Counted from the first letter of the stretch, positions 20,171 through 29,750 are shown. The stretch: 64,000 nucleotides of DNA from Akkermansia muciniphila (GCA_945865375.1 CAMBEJ010000007.1:1870-65869); one strand, 5' to 3'. Numbers and translations: made by a program. Notes: generated by a model not told the origin, from the sequence alone.

Positions 20171-20199
20171 GATTCGCGTCCATTCGCGTGATTCGCGGG
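20171..20199. repeat. Triple tandem ATTCGCG motif (GATTCGCGTCCATTCGCGTGATTCGCGGG) in the eda-glucokinase spacer
   Basis: Read directly. Same tandem-heptamer design as the other intergenic elements in this window. Confidence 0.55.
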
Positions 20200-20243
20200 C
20201 ATCCTCCTGACTACCTCAAAAGAAAGAGATCTGATTCGTGGGC

Positions 20244-21164
20244 ATGAAACGTTATCTGGCGGTCGAGATCGGGGGCACAAAGCTTCAGGTGGCACTCGGC
20301 GATGGCGGGGGCGTGGTGTTGGCGCGCTGGCGCGCTGAGGTGCGGCGGGACCTGGGGGGAGAAGGGATTCGGGAACAGCTATCCAGGATGATTCCTGAGG
20401 CGCTAGGTTGCTGTGAAATTGAGGCAATCGGCGTTGGTTTTGGAGGTCCCGTCGATTGGAGCACCGGCAGGATCTGTTGTTCGCATCAAATCGAGGGGTG
20501 GTCGGAGTTTCCCTTGGGGGATTGGATTCGATTGAAAGCCGAGGTTCCGGTGTTCGTCGACAACGATGCGAATGTCGCCGCCTTGGGCGAAGCTTTGAAC
20601 GGCGCAGGCAAGGGCAGGGATCCTGTTTTTTACATCACCCTTGGAAGTGGCGTGGGGGGTGGGTTGGTTGTTCAAAGACGAATTTATCACGGCGCAAAAC
20701 CAGGTGAATCGGAAATTGGTCACGTGCGTTTGGATCGAGCGGGGGCCATTGTGGAATCGCGTTGTTCGGGATGGGCCGTGGACGGGCGGATCCGGGAAGG
20801 GATCGCGCGGCATCCATCCAGTCTGTTAGCCGAGTTGTGCCGAGGGATCGAGCGAGGGGAGGCGCGGCATCTGGCGCGTGCGGTCAAAGCCGGGGATGAA
20901 CTGGCCTGTTCGATCCTGAACTATACTGCAGGCGACCTCGCGTTTGCCCTGTCTCATGTGATCCATCTGATGCACCCTTCCGTAGTGGTGGTGGGGGGCG
21001 GGTTGTCTTTGGTGGGGGAGTTGCTGAGAGGGGCGCTGGCTGAGGCGTTGCCGGGCGCTGTGATGGAAGCTATGCATCCCGTGCCGGAGGTTGCATTGGC
21101 CGCTCTGGGCGAGGATTCAGTTCCTGTCGGTGCGCTGCTGCTGGCAGCGAACGGTGGAGGCTGA
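20244..21164 (+). CDS. ROK-family glucokinase
   Basis: LAVEIGGTKLQVAL ATP-binding motif, VDNDANVAALGE, ITLGSGVGGG and GESEIGH. Confidence 0.85.
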   Translation: MKRYLAVEIGGTKLQVALGDGGGVVLARWRAEVRRDLGGEGIREQLSRMIPEALGCCEIEAIGVGFGGPVDWSTGRICCSHQIEGWSEFPLGDWIRLKAEVPVFVDNDANVAALGEALNGAGKGRDPVFYITLGSGVGGGLVVQRRIYHGAKPGESEIGHVRLDRAGAIVESRCSGWAVDGRIREGIARHPSSLLAELCRGIERGEARHLARAVKAGDELACSILNYTAGDLAFALSHVIHLMHPSVVVVGGGLSLVGELLRGALAEALPGAVMEAMHPVPEVALAALGEDSVPVGALLLAANGGG

Positions 21165-21246
21165 GGAATTTCAGACGAAAAATCCTCTGGCCCTACTTGT
21201 CGGGATCATGCAGAGTGTTGCCAGGATTTTTGTAAAAGGACCGACT

Positions 21247-21549
21247 ATGGCCAAAGTGAAACATATCGTGCTGTTAAAGTTTAAGAGTTCTGTCGCCGAC
21301 GACCAAGTGAACCAGGTCTTCGACTCGCTTCTCGACCTGTCTGAGACAATCCCCGGCGTTGAGGACTACGTTTCCGGTGCCAACATGAGTCCTGAAGGGC
21401 TGAACAACGGTGCCACGCATGCATTCGTCATCACCTTTACAGACGCGACTGCCCGGGACGCTTACCTGGTTCATCCCGAGCACGAAAAAGTCAAAACACT
21501 GTTGTTGTCCGCCGTGGATTCGGTGACGGTGGTGGACTTCGAAGTTTGA
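21247..21549 (+). CDS. Dabb (stress-responsive dimeric alpha/beta barrel) family protein
   Basis: MAKVKHIVLLKFK..., ATHAFVITF, YLVHPEH and a VVDFEV terminus. Start moved to the ATG at 21247. Confidence 0.8.
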   Translation: MAKVKHIVLLKFKSSVADDQVNQVFDSLLDLSETIPGVEDYVSGANMSPEGLNNGATHAFVITFTDATARDAYLVHPEHEKVKTLLLSAVDSVTVVDFEV

Positions 21550-21582
21550 CGCCGACGATTCAAACGGCCGTTATTTCGACTC

Positions 21583-22305
21583 ATGGGTGCCCAGTGGAAA
21601 CAGGCGGGACGCGTCGCGAACGCAACAAAACGGGGGGCGTTGATCGGCAAGATCGTGAAGGAAATCACGGTTGCCGCGAAGGTGGGGGATCCGAACCCGG
21701 AAAACAATCCGCGGCTTGAGGCTGCCGTGGAGATGGCCCGGAAGAACTCGGTCCCACGGGACACCATAGACCGAGCGTTAAAAAAAGGCGCGGGTCTTTT
21801 GGATGAGAAGGTGACCTACGAGACGGTGCTCTACGAGGGATTTGCTCCCTTCAAAGTGCCGGTGATTGTCGAATGTCTCACGGACAATAAGAACCGCACC
21901 GCCTCGGACATCCGGGTTTTTTTCAAGAAAGGGCACCTCGGAAGCATCGGCAGCGTGGCATGGATGTTCGATCATCTCGGGGTTGTGGAAGCCAGGCACA
22001 AGGATAGGACGAAAGATGTGGAGGGAGCTGCCATCGAAGCCGGAGCGCAGAATGTCGAGCCCCTGCCGGCGGAAGAGGAAGGCGACGCCACGGTGGGAGC
22101 CCGGTTCTTCACGGAGCTCACGGATTTGAACGCGGTTGCCAAGGCGCTCTCAGCCGACGGTTGGTCCATCACAGTCTCGGAATTGCGTTATCAAGCAAAG
22201 AACTTGGTGGAAGTGACAAGGGATCAGCGCGCGGAAGTGGTGGAGTTCTTGACCGAAGTGGACGAGCACGACGACGTCCATCGGGTTTACGCGGCTCTGA
22301 AGTAG
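21583..22305 (+). CDS. yebC: YebC/PmpR-family transcriptional regulator
   Basis: MGAQWKQAGR..., NPRL..A...A...S.P...I..A and an ...HDDVHRVYAALK terminus. Confidence 0.9.
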   Translation: MGAQWKQAGRVANATKRGALIGKIVKEITVAAKVGDPNPENNPRLEAAVEMARKNSVPRDTIDRALKKGAGLLDEKVTYETVLYEGFAPFKVPVIVECLTDNKNRTASDIRVFFKKGHLGSIGSVAWMFDHLGVVEARHKDRTKDVEGAAIEAGAQNVEPLPAEEEGDATVGARFFTELTDLNAVAKALSADGWSITVSELRYQAKNLVEVTRDQRAEVVEFLTEVDEHDDVHRVYAALK

Positions 22306-22318
22306 GAGACTTCGGGAG

Positions 22319-22331
22319 GATTTGCGATTTG
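22319..22331 (+). repeat. 13-bp direct repeat GATTTGCGATTTG (left copy)
   Basis: Exact match with 22888-22900. It is itself a tandem GATTTGC/GATTTG. Confidence 0.7.
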
Positions 22332-22375
22332 ACCATTAGGTTGGCACCGCCAACTTGACTTCACACCATTCAACG

Positions 22376-22861
22376 ATGCCCACAGTGATGCGCATAGGTC
22401 CGTATCGCTTTCACTTTTACAGCCGTGAAGGGAACGAGCCGCCGCACATTCACGTGGCGCGAGAGGACATGGAAAGCAAATTCTGGCTGCGCCCGGTGGC
22501 GCTTGCCGCCAACCACGGATTTGCCAGGACCGAGTTGTTCCGCATCGAGAAATTGGTGGAGGAGCATTGCCAGACCTTGATAAATGCCTATATTGTGAGC
22601 GCCATGGAAACTAAAGAGACCGTGGCTGTGCGTTGCTGGGTGGAAGACCGCCGCGTCTGGCTGGAGCTTGCCGATCAACGGCTGGTAAGTTTCCCCGCAA
22701 GCAAATATCCGCTGCTGGCGAAAGCTTCCCAGCGACTTCTCGAAAAGGTCACACTCGGCGTGCAAGGATTGGCTTTGCGTTGGGAAGAACTCGATGAGGA
22801 TATTTGGGTGGAGGACGCAGTCTGCGGACGCTTTCCCCATGCGCTCTTGTTGGTGACCTAG
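22376..22861 (+). CDS. DUF4160-DUF2442 fusion protein
   Basis: N-terminal half MPTVMRIGPYRFHFYSREGNEPPHIHV...KFWL matches DUF4160. C-terminal half V.VRCWVEDRRVWLELADQRLVSFP..YPLL..AS...L..V.L...GLALRWEELDEDIWVE matches DUF2442. One uninterrupted frame. Confidence 0.7.
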   Translation: MPTVMRIGPYRFHFYSREGNEPPHIHVAREDMESKFWLRPVALAANHGFARTELFRIEKLVEEHCQTLINAYIVSAMETKETVAVRCWVEDRRVWLELADQRLVSFPASKYPLLAKASQRLLEKVTLGVQGLALRWEELDEDIWVEDAVCGRFPHALLLVT

Positions 22862-22887
22862 AACCGCATCCTCAAAGCAGTTTTTTT

Positions 22888-22900
22888 GATTTGCGATTTG
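22888..22900 (+). repeat. 13-bp direct repeat GATTTGCGATTTG (right copy)
   Basis: Exact match with 22319-22331. Lies 27 nt after the cassette stop. Confidence 0.7.
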
Positions 22901-22978
22901 GTGGATCAAGCGAAGCGGACGGGTCGAGATGTGGAAGGCTTGCCCAGGTCCACCTGCCAAACTTCACCGCTTTTGGCT

Positions 22979-25900
22979 TCAGTGCTCCGTCAGGAACTTG
23001 AGCAATTCGATTTGTTCTCTTTCGGGCAGCGCTTCAAGCAACCCTTCGGGCATCAGCGATTTCTCGCTTGTGGCTCGCCTTACGGCGTCGGTCTTGGCCA
23101 CCAAGACCTGGTCGGCGATCGTCCGCAGGGTGATCGAGCTGGGGGTTTCCGAAACCAGCAATCCTGACAACACTTCGCCCTTGGAAGTTTCGATCGTGGT
23201 CATCTGAAAGTCGGTTCCAATCACGGCGTCGGGGTCGACGATGTTTTCCAGGTAATAGCGGATGCCATGGGCTCCCGCGCCTGTGAGCTCGGGTCCGATG
23301 CGGTTGCCGTCGTCGCCAAGCTTATGGCACGAGGCACAGATTTTTTGAAAGTGTTTGCGGCCCTCGCGCCCGTCGTACGCCCAGAGTGGCGCTTCATCAA
23401 AAACTTTTTCGAGCCTTGTAATCTGGGTTTGTCTTTCCGCCGGAGTCTTCAGGATTCGGCCCCACGTCTTGGTGAGCCGACTATCGACTTCCGGATTGTG
23501 CAACTGACCCAACTGGCGCACGTGATAAGCGGTCAGTTGGTCCCGTTTTAACGCCCCTTTCGCGACGGCTTCCAACAGGGGCACCGCCAGGGAAGCCCGG
23601 CTTGTCAGGGCATTGATGGCGGCAGTCTTTTCAGCCGGCGCGAAGGATTGGAATCGGTCCAGGATCGCCGGAGTGATGGATGCATCGTCGAACCGTCCCA
23701 AGAGCGTGAGTGCGCGACCCCGATAGGATGGTTCGTCCAGCAGCTTGATGAACGCTGAGAGCGAGTTCAGGTCGGGGCTGCGGCCTAGAACGTCGAGGGC
23801 GTGGCGTCGCGCGTCCTTGTCGGCTCCTGGATCCAACAGTTCCTTTCTGAGCCTCGCAAACACGGAAGTATCGCCGAACACCGAAGCGAGCCGCTCCGCC
23901 TGCCGTCGTACTCGCGGGTCTTCGCTGGCATAGAGTATGGGGGCGACACTTTTCCATCCCGAGGGTTCGGGGGTATTGACGCGACTTTCCATTGCCAGAG
24001 AGAGGCCAGCCAACCTGCGGCGTTGAGTTTCGCCCGTGGTTTTTCCGATCAAGATTATCACCTGATTCAGAGATATGGCTTTCAGAGTGGCGGCATACCA
24101 GTAAATCCAATCGGCCAACTGTGGAATCGGAGTGATGGCCGCGAGATCCATCGCGCGTGCCGGATTCTTTTCCATGCGTGGTCCGAGCCCGTGCCAGAGG
24201 AGCAGGGGCAGGTTGCGGTCTTCTCTGTCCTCGTGCCTGGAAGCTAGGCCTTCGATCAGATCCCAGGCTGGTTTCTCGGGGATCCGTTGGATGGCTGAGG
24301 CAAGATAGCGGCGCACGATGGGCGATGGGTCCACTCTGGCAAGGCTGACCAGACGGTCGATGACAGCGCCCGTGATGGGGGCCCGTTCAGTCGCCAATTG
24401 AACCGACCACGCGCGCAGCACTTCATCTTTGTCGTTCAGAAGTCGCGGCAAAATATCGCTGGAGACGCCGATCCCATGGAGGGTCCAGAGAGTGTTCAAC
24501 CTAGTGGCGCGATGGGCGTCGGTGGAGAGCTGGGTTCGCAGTCCGGAAACGGCCTCTTTATCGATGGGCTTTGCACTGGCACGTTCCATCAACACACGCC
24601 GGGCAGTCCTGGGATACCATTGGTTTTTATGGGACATGAGCTTGACGAGATCCAGGTCGTTCAACGCGGTGAGGTTCACTCTTGCCGGTTTATAGCCTGC
24701 CGCATGCTCAAGCCTGTAGATGCGCCCATTGGCCCGGTCCCATCGCTCGGAGATCGGGTTGTGACAATGCTGTTGATCGTACCAGTCGATCACATAGACG
24801 GCACCGTCGGGACCGTATTGGAGGTCGATGGCGACGTATTTTGGGTCCGTGCAAAAGAAGACATCCTTTCCTGCGTGGACGGTGTCGTAGCCTGAGCCGA
24901 GGGGCTTATTGATCTGCTGGTTGATCTGGTGGCCGCCCAGGTTGTGTGTGAACAGATGACCCCTGTAATCATCCGGCCAATTGTCTCCGAGGTAGATCAT
25001 GGTGCCGACATGCGAATGGCCGCCGTAGATTGCGTCACTCCCTTTTGGTCCGGCACCCCCGGCCCCATGGTCATAGCGTGCTGAGGCGAGCAGAAAGTTT
25101 TGGTAGTTAGGAAAGTCACTCGAGGGATCGGAGACGATAAAGGGCGGGTAATTGGCATTGGCTTGGTTCCAGAACTGGCCGCCTTGGAGCACATGAGTGG
25201 TGAGTCCACGTCCCCAGTAACTGCGGCAGTGGGTCATGAACAACTGGCCGGTTTCGTCATAGTCCAAGCCCCAGGGATTGCTGCCCCCGTGAGCGAACAC
25301 TTCAAACTCATGACGCAACGGGTGGTAGCGCCAGACGCCCGCGCGCAGTTCGGTTCGTTGTTCCGTGGCCGTGCCTGGCTTGCCGATGCGGGCGAAGTTG
25401 AACACCCCCTGGTTGCCGTAAAGCCAGCCATCGGGACCCCAGGTGAAACTGTTCAAACATTCGTGTGTGTCCTGGTATCCAAACCCTTCCAATAACACCT
25501 GCGGGCTCGAATCAGGCACGTCGTCACCATCCTTGTCAGGAATGAACAGGAGCTCGGGTGCCGCTCCGATCCACACGCCGCCGAACCCCACTTCGATGCC
25601 TGACACAAGATTCAGACCCGTGGTGAACACCTTACGGGATTCGAAACGACCATCGCCATCCGCATCCTCGAAGATCACGACCCTGTCGAGGCCCTTTCCG
25701 GGAGGCTGCTTTTGAGGGTAGCTGTAGGCTTCGGCCACCCAGAGACGTCCGCGGGCGTCGATGGCAAACGCGACGGGCTGCCGCACCTCGGGTTCGGAGG
25801 CGACAAGCACGGCGCGAAAGCCCTCTGGCAAATACATCTGCGCGAGCGTTTTCTCGGCTGGCGTGCGCGCTTCCGACGCCATAGGGTTCGGCTTGAGATC

Positions 25901-26041
25901 ACGGAGCACCGGGCTTGATTGCAACCGCTTCACATCGGGCAAAGGTTCTTCGGCGCGCACTGCTGCGCAAGCGAGGGCAAGGGCAAGACCGATGCGTCCG
26001 GCAGATAAGGCCATTGGTCGAGTGAGCTGATGGGATCGCAT
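22979..26041 (-). CDS. PVC-type membrane-bound dehydrogenase-domain / HEAT-repeat / heme-binding CxxCH protein
   Basis: Signal peptide, beta-propeller-like N-terminal half, HEAT-like middle and a C-terminal cytochrome c (KICASCHKLGDDGNRIGPELTG). Start moved to MRSHQLTRPMALS. Confidence 0.8.
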   Translation of the reverse strand: MRSHQLTRPMALSAGRIGLALALACAAVRAEEPLPDVKRLQSSPVLRDLKPNPMASEARTPAEKTLAQMYLPEGFRAVLVASEPEVRQPVAFAIDARGRLWVAEAYSYPQKQPPGKGLDRVVIFEDADGDGRFESRKVFTTGLNLVSGIEVGFGGVWIGAAPELLFIPDKDGDDVPDSSPQVLLEGFGYQDTHECLNSFTWGPDGWLYGNQGVFNFARIGKPGTATEQRTELRAGVWRYHPLRHEFEVFAHGGSNPWGLDYDETGQLFMTHCRSYWGRGLTTHVLQGGQFWNQANANYPPFIVSDPSSDFPNYQNFLLASARYDHGAGGAGPKGSDAIYGGHSHVGTMIYLGDNWPDDYRGHLFTHNLGGHQINQQINKPLGSGYDTVHAGKDVFFCTDPKYVAIDLQYGPDGAVYVIDWYDQQHCHNPISERWDRANGRIYRLEHAAGYKPARVNLTALNDLDLVKLMSHKNQWYPRTARRVLMERASAKPIDKEAVSGLRTQLSTDAHRATRLNTLWTLHGIGVSSDILPRLLNDKDEVLRAWSVQLATERAPITGAVIDRLVSLARVDPSPIVRRYLASAIQRIPEKPAWDLIEGLASRHEDREDRNLPLLLWHGLGPRMEKNPARAMDLAAITPIPQLADWIYWYAATLKAISLNQVIILIGKTTGETQRRRLAGLSLAMESRVNTPEPSGWKSVAPILYASEDPRVRRQAERLASVFGDTSVFARLRKELLDPGADKDARRHALDVLGRSPDLNSLSAFIKLLDEPSYRGRALTLLGRFDDASITPAILDRFQSFAPAEKTAAINALTSRASLAVPLLEAVAKGALKRDQLTAYHVRQLGQLHNPEVDSRLTKTWGRILKTPAERQTQITRLEKVFDEAPLWAYDGREGRKHFQKICASCHKLGDDGNRIGPELTGAGAHGIRYYLENIVDPDAVIGTDFQMTTIETSKGEVLSGLLVSETPSSITLRTIADQVLVAKTDAVRRATSEKSLMPEGLLEALPEREQIELLKFLTEH

Positions 26042-26194
26042 AGAATTTAAAAATCCCAAACCTTCAGGAATGTTGAGGCTGAGGCCAGACGCGGAAACCA
26101 AGGCAGAGCAGGGGTTCAACCAGCCAGGAAACCGCGTCCTGACTTTGGGGGCACACCCAAGCCTCGTGATCGTGACTGTGGCTGAGCTTTCGTC

Positions 26195-27073
26195 TCAGGG
26201 TGGCCACCCGCCGTTTTTGGTGGAGGGACAGTACCACGCATCGTTGGGGCCCTCGAAGGAAGGGGCGGCAGGCCACACCGTGGTGCCCGCGTATTGCTTC
26301 GTGAACCAGGTGCCGAATCGCAAGGCGAAAGCCCGACCGGAGAGGTCGCCAAAAGTGGCAATGCCACCCACGTTCTGGGTTTGAGTTGCGGCTTTGCGCG
26401 ACGCGGCGTGACGTTGGGAGATGCCTTCAAAGGGAGAACTGCCGACATCGTTGAAGTTGAAATCAGTCATTTCCGCAGGCGCCTCCCAGACGAGCATGCC
26501 TGTGGGGCGCATGTCCGACAATTTGAAAAGCGACGTGGCTTCTGGCTTGCCGGACGTCGTAAACGCGATGGTGGAGCCGTTCCAGAGGTAGCTGCTGATT
26601 TTGATGTTCCGCTTCTTGTAATCCGCAGCGCCTTTTCCGTTGCTGCGTTCAGCGAGATCTCTGGGGCAGGTAAGCACTTTTTCGGTCCCAAGATAGGACC
26701 CGAGCTGGCTTCGCTTGAAGTAAGCGACCTGGTTGGTCCAGATCGCGTTATCCGATTTTCCTTCTCCGTTGGGAATCCCCTTCGAGGTGCACCAGGAATC
26801 CCGTTCGCTGCAATCCCCCCAGCTCGCGTAAGGGATGTAGTCGTTGTTGTCGCCAGCAAACAGGTTGGCACCCAGGACAATCTGTTTGATGTTGTTCAGG
26901 TCGTTCGCCATCAAAGCCCGATCTTTAGCTTTGCTAAGCGCTGGCAGGAGCATTCCGGCGAGGATCGCGATGATCGCGATGACAACAAGGAGTTCGATCA
27001 ACGTGAACGCGCAACAGCTGCCGGGTGCTGCTTTCCTCGAATGCTTCCATGGCGGAGTTATATGTGTTTTCAT
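26195..27073 (-). CDS. Prepilin-type N-terminal cleavage/methylation domain protein (DUF1559/H-X9-DG-like)
   Basis: [28 protein letters not shown] motif 23 aa after MKTHITPP. The upstream in-frame extension of the track ORF was rejected. Confidence 0.8.
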   Translation of the reverse strand: MKTHITPPWKHSRKAAPGSCCAFTLIELLVVIAIIAILAGMLLPALSKAKDRALMANDLNNIKQIVLGANLFAGDNNDYIPYASWGDCSERDSWCTSKGIPNGEGKSDNAIWTNQVAYFKRSQLGSYLGTEKVLTCPRDLAERSNGKGAADYKKRNIKISSYLWNGSTIAFTTSGKPEATSLFKLSDMRPTGMLVWEAPAEMTDFNFNDVGSSPFEGISQRHAASRKAATQTQNVGGIATFGDLSGRAFALRFGTWFTKQYAGTTVWPAAPSFEGPNDAWYCPSTKNGGWPP

Positions 27074-27409
27074 GAGTGAGGGGGAGTAACAGGTTTGGAG
27101 GGTATTCTCTTCGCCCAGGGAATCAAGTATGGATTCCAGAGTTTTCTTTGAGTTGCGTGCTTTGCCCAATTCCCTGTCCGTCATTTTCAGAGCAGCCTCA
27201 ATAGGCAGTTCAAAGGGTTCCATAATGACTTGTTCCCCGTCGGCAAATTGGGCAGCGTCTGGAACCTGCAACGATCGCCCGAATGAACGTGAACTTTCGA
27301 CTATTCCTCTCCACGCGAATTTCGGCGTGGTTCATTTCGTTGGTGATGCTGTCGGAATCGGCCGACGCCGACCGCCTGGAGCGCCTGCGCCGCGAGCAGG
27401 ACGCTTCGC

Positions 27410-27760
27410 TTAAGCGCTGATCTTGCGGGAAAGGATCGCTTCCACTTGATGTGCGAGGGACTCCAATTCGTGTTCTACGACAGACCACAGAATGTCGTAA
27501 TCCAGGGCATCGTAGCCGTGATTGATGCGGTTGCGCATACCGATGATTTTGGCCCAGGGCACTTCTTGATGTCGGGCACGGAAATCTTCAGGCAACCGGC
27601 TTGACGCTTCACCGATCAATTCGATTAACCGTTCGATGGTCAGCTGCAATTTTCGATCTGTTCCAAATTGTTCGCGTGAATGCCCTTCGGTGTAGCCTCG
27701 GGCCTCAGAACAAAAGGCCAGGATTTGGCGGAGGGTCTCCGCTGTCTCATGCCTGCTCAT
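27410..27760 (-). CDS. hepT: HepT (DUF86) RNase toxin of a type VII toxin-antitoxin pair
   Basis: R-x4-H-x-Y motif RNRINHGY. Size about 116 aa. Overlaps the mntA stop by 14 nt. Confidence 0.85.
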   Translation of the reverse strand: MSRHETAETLRQILAFCSEARGYTEGHSREQFGTDRKLQLTIERLIELIGEASSRLPEDFRARHQEVPWAKIIGMRNRINHGYDALDYDILWSVVEHELESLAHQVEAILSRKISA

Positions 27761-28058
27761 AGATCGGCAGCGCCTCATTCACTGCCTTCTCCCGAAAGAA
27801 CTTGCTCAGACAACGTGGAGTGTTCAAGTCAACTTTCGTTCCAAAAACTTGGGCAAGTTCAGACTGGTGGCCAATGAAGTCGAAACCGGGTATCCGGCCA
27901 GGAAGATATTCGATGAGAACATCGACGTCGCTTCGGGCCGGGTCAAAGTCCCCACGCAACACGGACCCAAACAAACTGAGTCGCCGGATTCCACGCGCGC
28001 GGCAGAATTGCTCCAGAATTTCGCGGTCCAAAAGGATCGGCAGTTCAGCGATGCTCAT
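27747..28058 (-). CDS. mntA: MntA nucleotidyltransferase antitoxin
   Basis: GSVLRGDFDPARSDVDVLIEY (GS-x10-D-x-D minimal NTase motif). Start moved to MSIAELPILL. Confidence 0.85.
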   Translation of the reverse strand: MSIAELPILLDREILEQFCRARGIRRLSLFGSVLRGDFDPARSDVDVLIEYLPGRIPGFDFIGHQSELAQVFGTKVDLNTPRCLSKFFREKAVNEALPIYEQA

Positions 28059-28098
28059 GGGTTCAAGAAGAAGGCGTGAGTGTCGAGCAGCAAGGGCA

Positions 28099-28332
28099 TC
28101 ACTGGTAGGGTGTGAAATCCTCCAAAGGCTCATCCCAGATTGGGTGAAAAACAATCTGGCCCTTGAACAAACCGGGAACGCGGCGCTGGCCGGAAATGGT
28201 CGGCGCAGGCAACGGCACAACGTTGGCGACACTCCTATTATCGCGCGTGATCACGATTTCCTGCTCCGCCAGGAGGGTGAGGATGAGTTCCGGCAATTTC
28301 GCCTGGGCTTCCCCTAAAGTTACCGTTTGCAT
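28099..28332 (-). CDS. Phd/YefM-type antitoxin-like protein with no cognate toxin gene
   Basis: MQTVTLGEAQAKLPELI....IVITRDNRSVANVVPL is a typical Phd/YefM N-terminus. The next gene downstream is mntA, not a PIN/RelE/Doc toxin. Confidence 0.7.
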   Translation of the reverse strand: MQTVTLGEAQAKLPELILTLLAEQEIVITRDNRSVANVVPLPAPTISGQRRVPGLFKGQIVFHPIWDEPLEDFTPYQ

Positions 28333-28343
28333 GGTTTGACGCT

Positions 28344-28387
28344 AACCCCAAGAGCCCGTGCTGAAGAGCAGGAATTGTTTTGGGGTT
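28344..28387. promoter_or_regulatory. 8-bp inverted repeat AACCCCAA-N28-TTGGGGTT just upstream of the phd-like start; possible operator
   Basis: Read directly. The location fits antitoxin autoregulation. No other support. Confidence 0.2.
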
Positions 28388-28571
28388 GTGGGAAACTTTC
28401 CAGCGCCCTTCCCCGGGCACCAGAATTCCGCAACGATACCCAGGGGCCGCGCGACGCTTGCCACTGGCTAATATCCAGGCCCCTTCCAGGGGAGCCGAAG
28501 AATCCTGTCTGACACCCTCCCGGTTTTCATCCGTGCCTACTATGATTGCCCGCTTCAGCTAGGCCGATCGG

Positions 28572-28690
28572 ATTTGAACCACAGAGGCACAGAGGCACAG
28601 AGAGGAACACACCTCCAAACTGGATTTATCCCGCCGTTATTTTCGGACGCTTTCCCCCCTCTGTGTCTCTGTGCCTCTGTGGTTCAAATG
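28572..28690. repeat. REPIN-like element: imperfect 34-bp inverted arms carrying tandem CACAGAGG units, about 51-nt spacer
   Basis: Left arm ATTTGAACCACAGAGGCACAGAGGCACAGAGAGG (28572-28605). Right arm CCCCTCTGTGTCTCTGTGCCTCTGTGGTTCAAAT (28657-28690). 32/34 complementary. Confidence 0.75.
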
Positions 28691-28894
28691 TCAAATCTGT
28701 TTGGCTAGGATTAGGAGCGGGGAATTGGAGTTGCGCGAGCATCAAAACAGGGTCGTTTTACTGAGTTCAATGGATATGGAATCAGGGGATCGCGGCAGGC
28801 AAATAATTCGGGGCCTCCTTTTTCCAGAAGACTAGGATGGCTTGGATGCGCGGTGAAAAGCCACAGCCGCCACGCCCGGGATGGCTGCCTGCCC

Positions 28895-29020
28895 TCAAAC
28901 ACTGGCTTTCTCGTCGGGATTCGATTCCTTGAGCATCTCCTCGATCGTGACGAGCAGCACCGGCAAATCTTTCTGCACCGCATCCCACAAAACTTGGTGA
29001 TCCACTTCATCCATTCCTCC
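28895..29020 (-). pseudogene. C-terminal fragment of a second HepT/DUF86 gene
   Basis: DEVDHQVLWDAVQKDLPVLLVTIEEMLKE resembles the DUF86 C-terminus. Compare ALDYDILWSVVEHELESLAHQVEAIL in the intact hepT at 27410. No R-x4-H-x-Y region precedes it. Confidence 0.5.
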
Positions 29021-29660
29021 CCCCATTTGCCGCGTTGTTGGGAATCGCGATAAACTTTCTCCAGGTATCTTTGAGCCTGCTCTGAGCATGTTTCACATCC
29101 TCCTGGTAAGCCGCCAGAGCCCGCTGGATGCCCAAAGCCGCGTGAACGGCTCGCCGCGCGTGGTCCTCGTGGGCGATGGGAGCGCCGAAGAGCGCCATGA
29201 CTCCATCTCCCAGGAATTGGTTGATCGTGCCTTCGTAACGATGAATGGCCTCGAACATCAGGTCAAAAAACGGGGCCATGAGTCCATGCACGGCCTCCGG
29301 ATCGAGCTTCTCTGAAATCGATGTATACCCCGACACGTCCACGAACAGCACGGTGACCTGTTTGCGCTCCCGCTCCATCGTGGGCCGGGCAGCCAGGATT
29401 TTCTTCGCAAGATGCTGGGGGGTGTAGCTGGAAGGCGAAACAAACCGAGCCCCAGAAGTCATTCCCTCGGAAGGACGAGTTAAGCAAGTCCCATCCGCCT
29501 TCTCGGCCTCGACCATCGACTGGCCGCACTGAAAGCAGAACTTGTTTGTTGGAAGATTGGCAGCGCCGCAGCTTGGGCACAAGCGTTCGAGCTTGGTGCC
29601 GCATTCGCCGCAGAATTTGGCTTCAGCGAGGTTCTCGTGACCACAGTTCTGACACTTCAT
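29007..29660 (-). pseudogene. Truncated double-zinc-ribbon / class III adenylate-guanylate cyclase gene
   Basis: CQNCGHEN..CGECG and CPSCGA..CFQCG zinc ribbons. The cyclase domain begins KQVTVLFVDVSGYT...GDGVMALFGAP and ends after about half a domain (ALGIQRALAAYQ), followed by unrelated residues. Relatives are much longer. Confidence 0.6.
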
Positions 29661-29750
29661 GGGATAGCGGGCACTTCAGACCCAGCGCCTTCCGATACAC
29701 AAGCATCTGCTTTAGATTCTCACAGCATCAGACCTCAGTATAATCGGTTG

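Noticed and set aside
27074-27271. In-frame upstream extension of the prepilin-like ORF (MQVPDAAQF...[13 protein letters not shown])
   Set aside because: Prepilin-type proteins have a short leader directly before the FTLIELLVV helix. MKTHITPP at 27073 fits, whereas the extension has no support.
27283-27420. 45-aa plus-strand [48 protein letters not shown], signal-peptide-like, converging on hepT
   Set aside because: Below any reliable size and no recognised family. It may be the stump of a gene truncated by the toxin-antitoxin islet, but that is conjecture.
28581-28606. Tandem CACAGAGG units considered as a CRISPR or minisatellite
   Set aside because: Only about 3 contiguous 8-mers with no spacers. 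They form one arm of an inverted repeat. No cas genes are present in the window.
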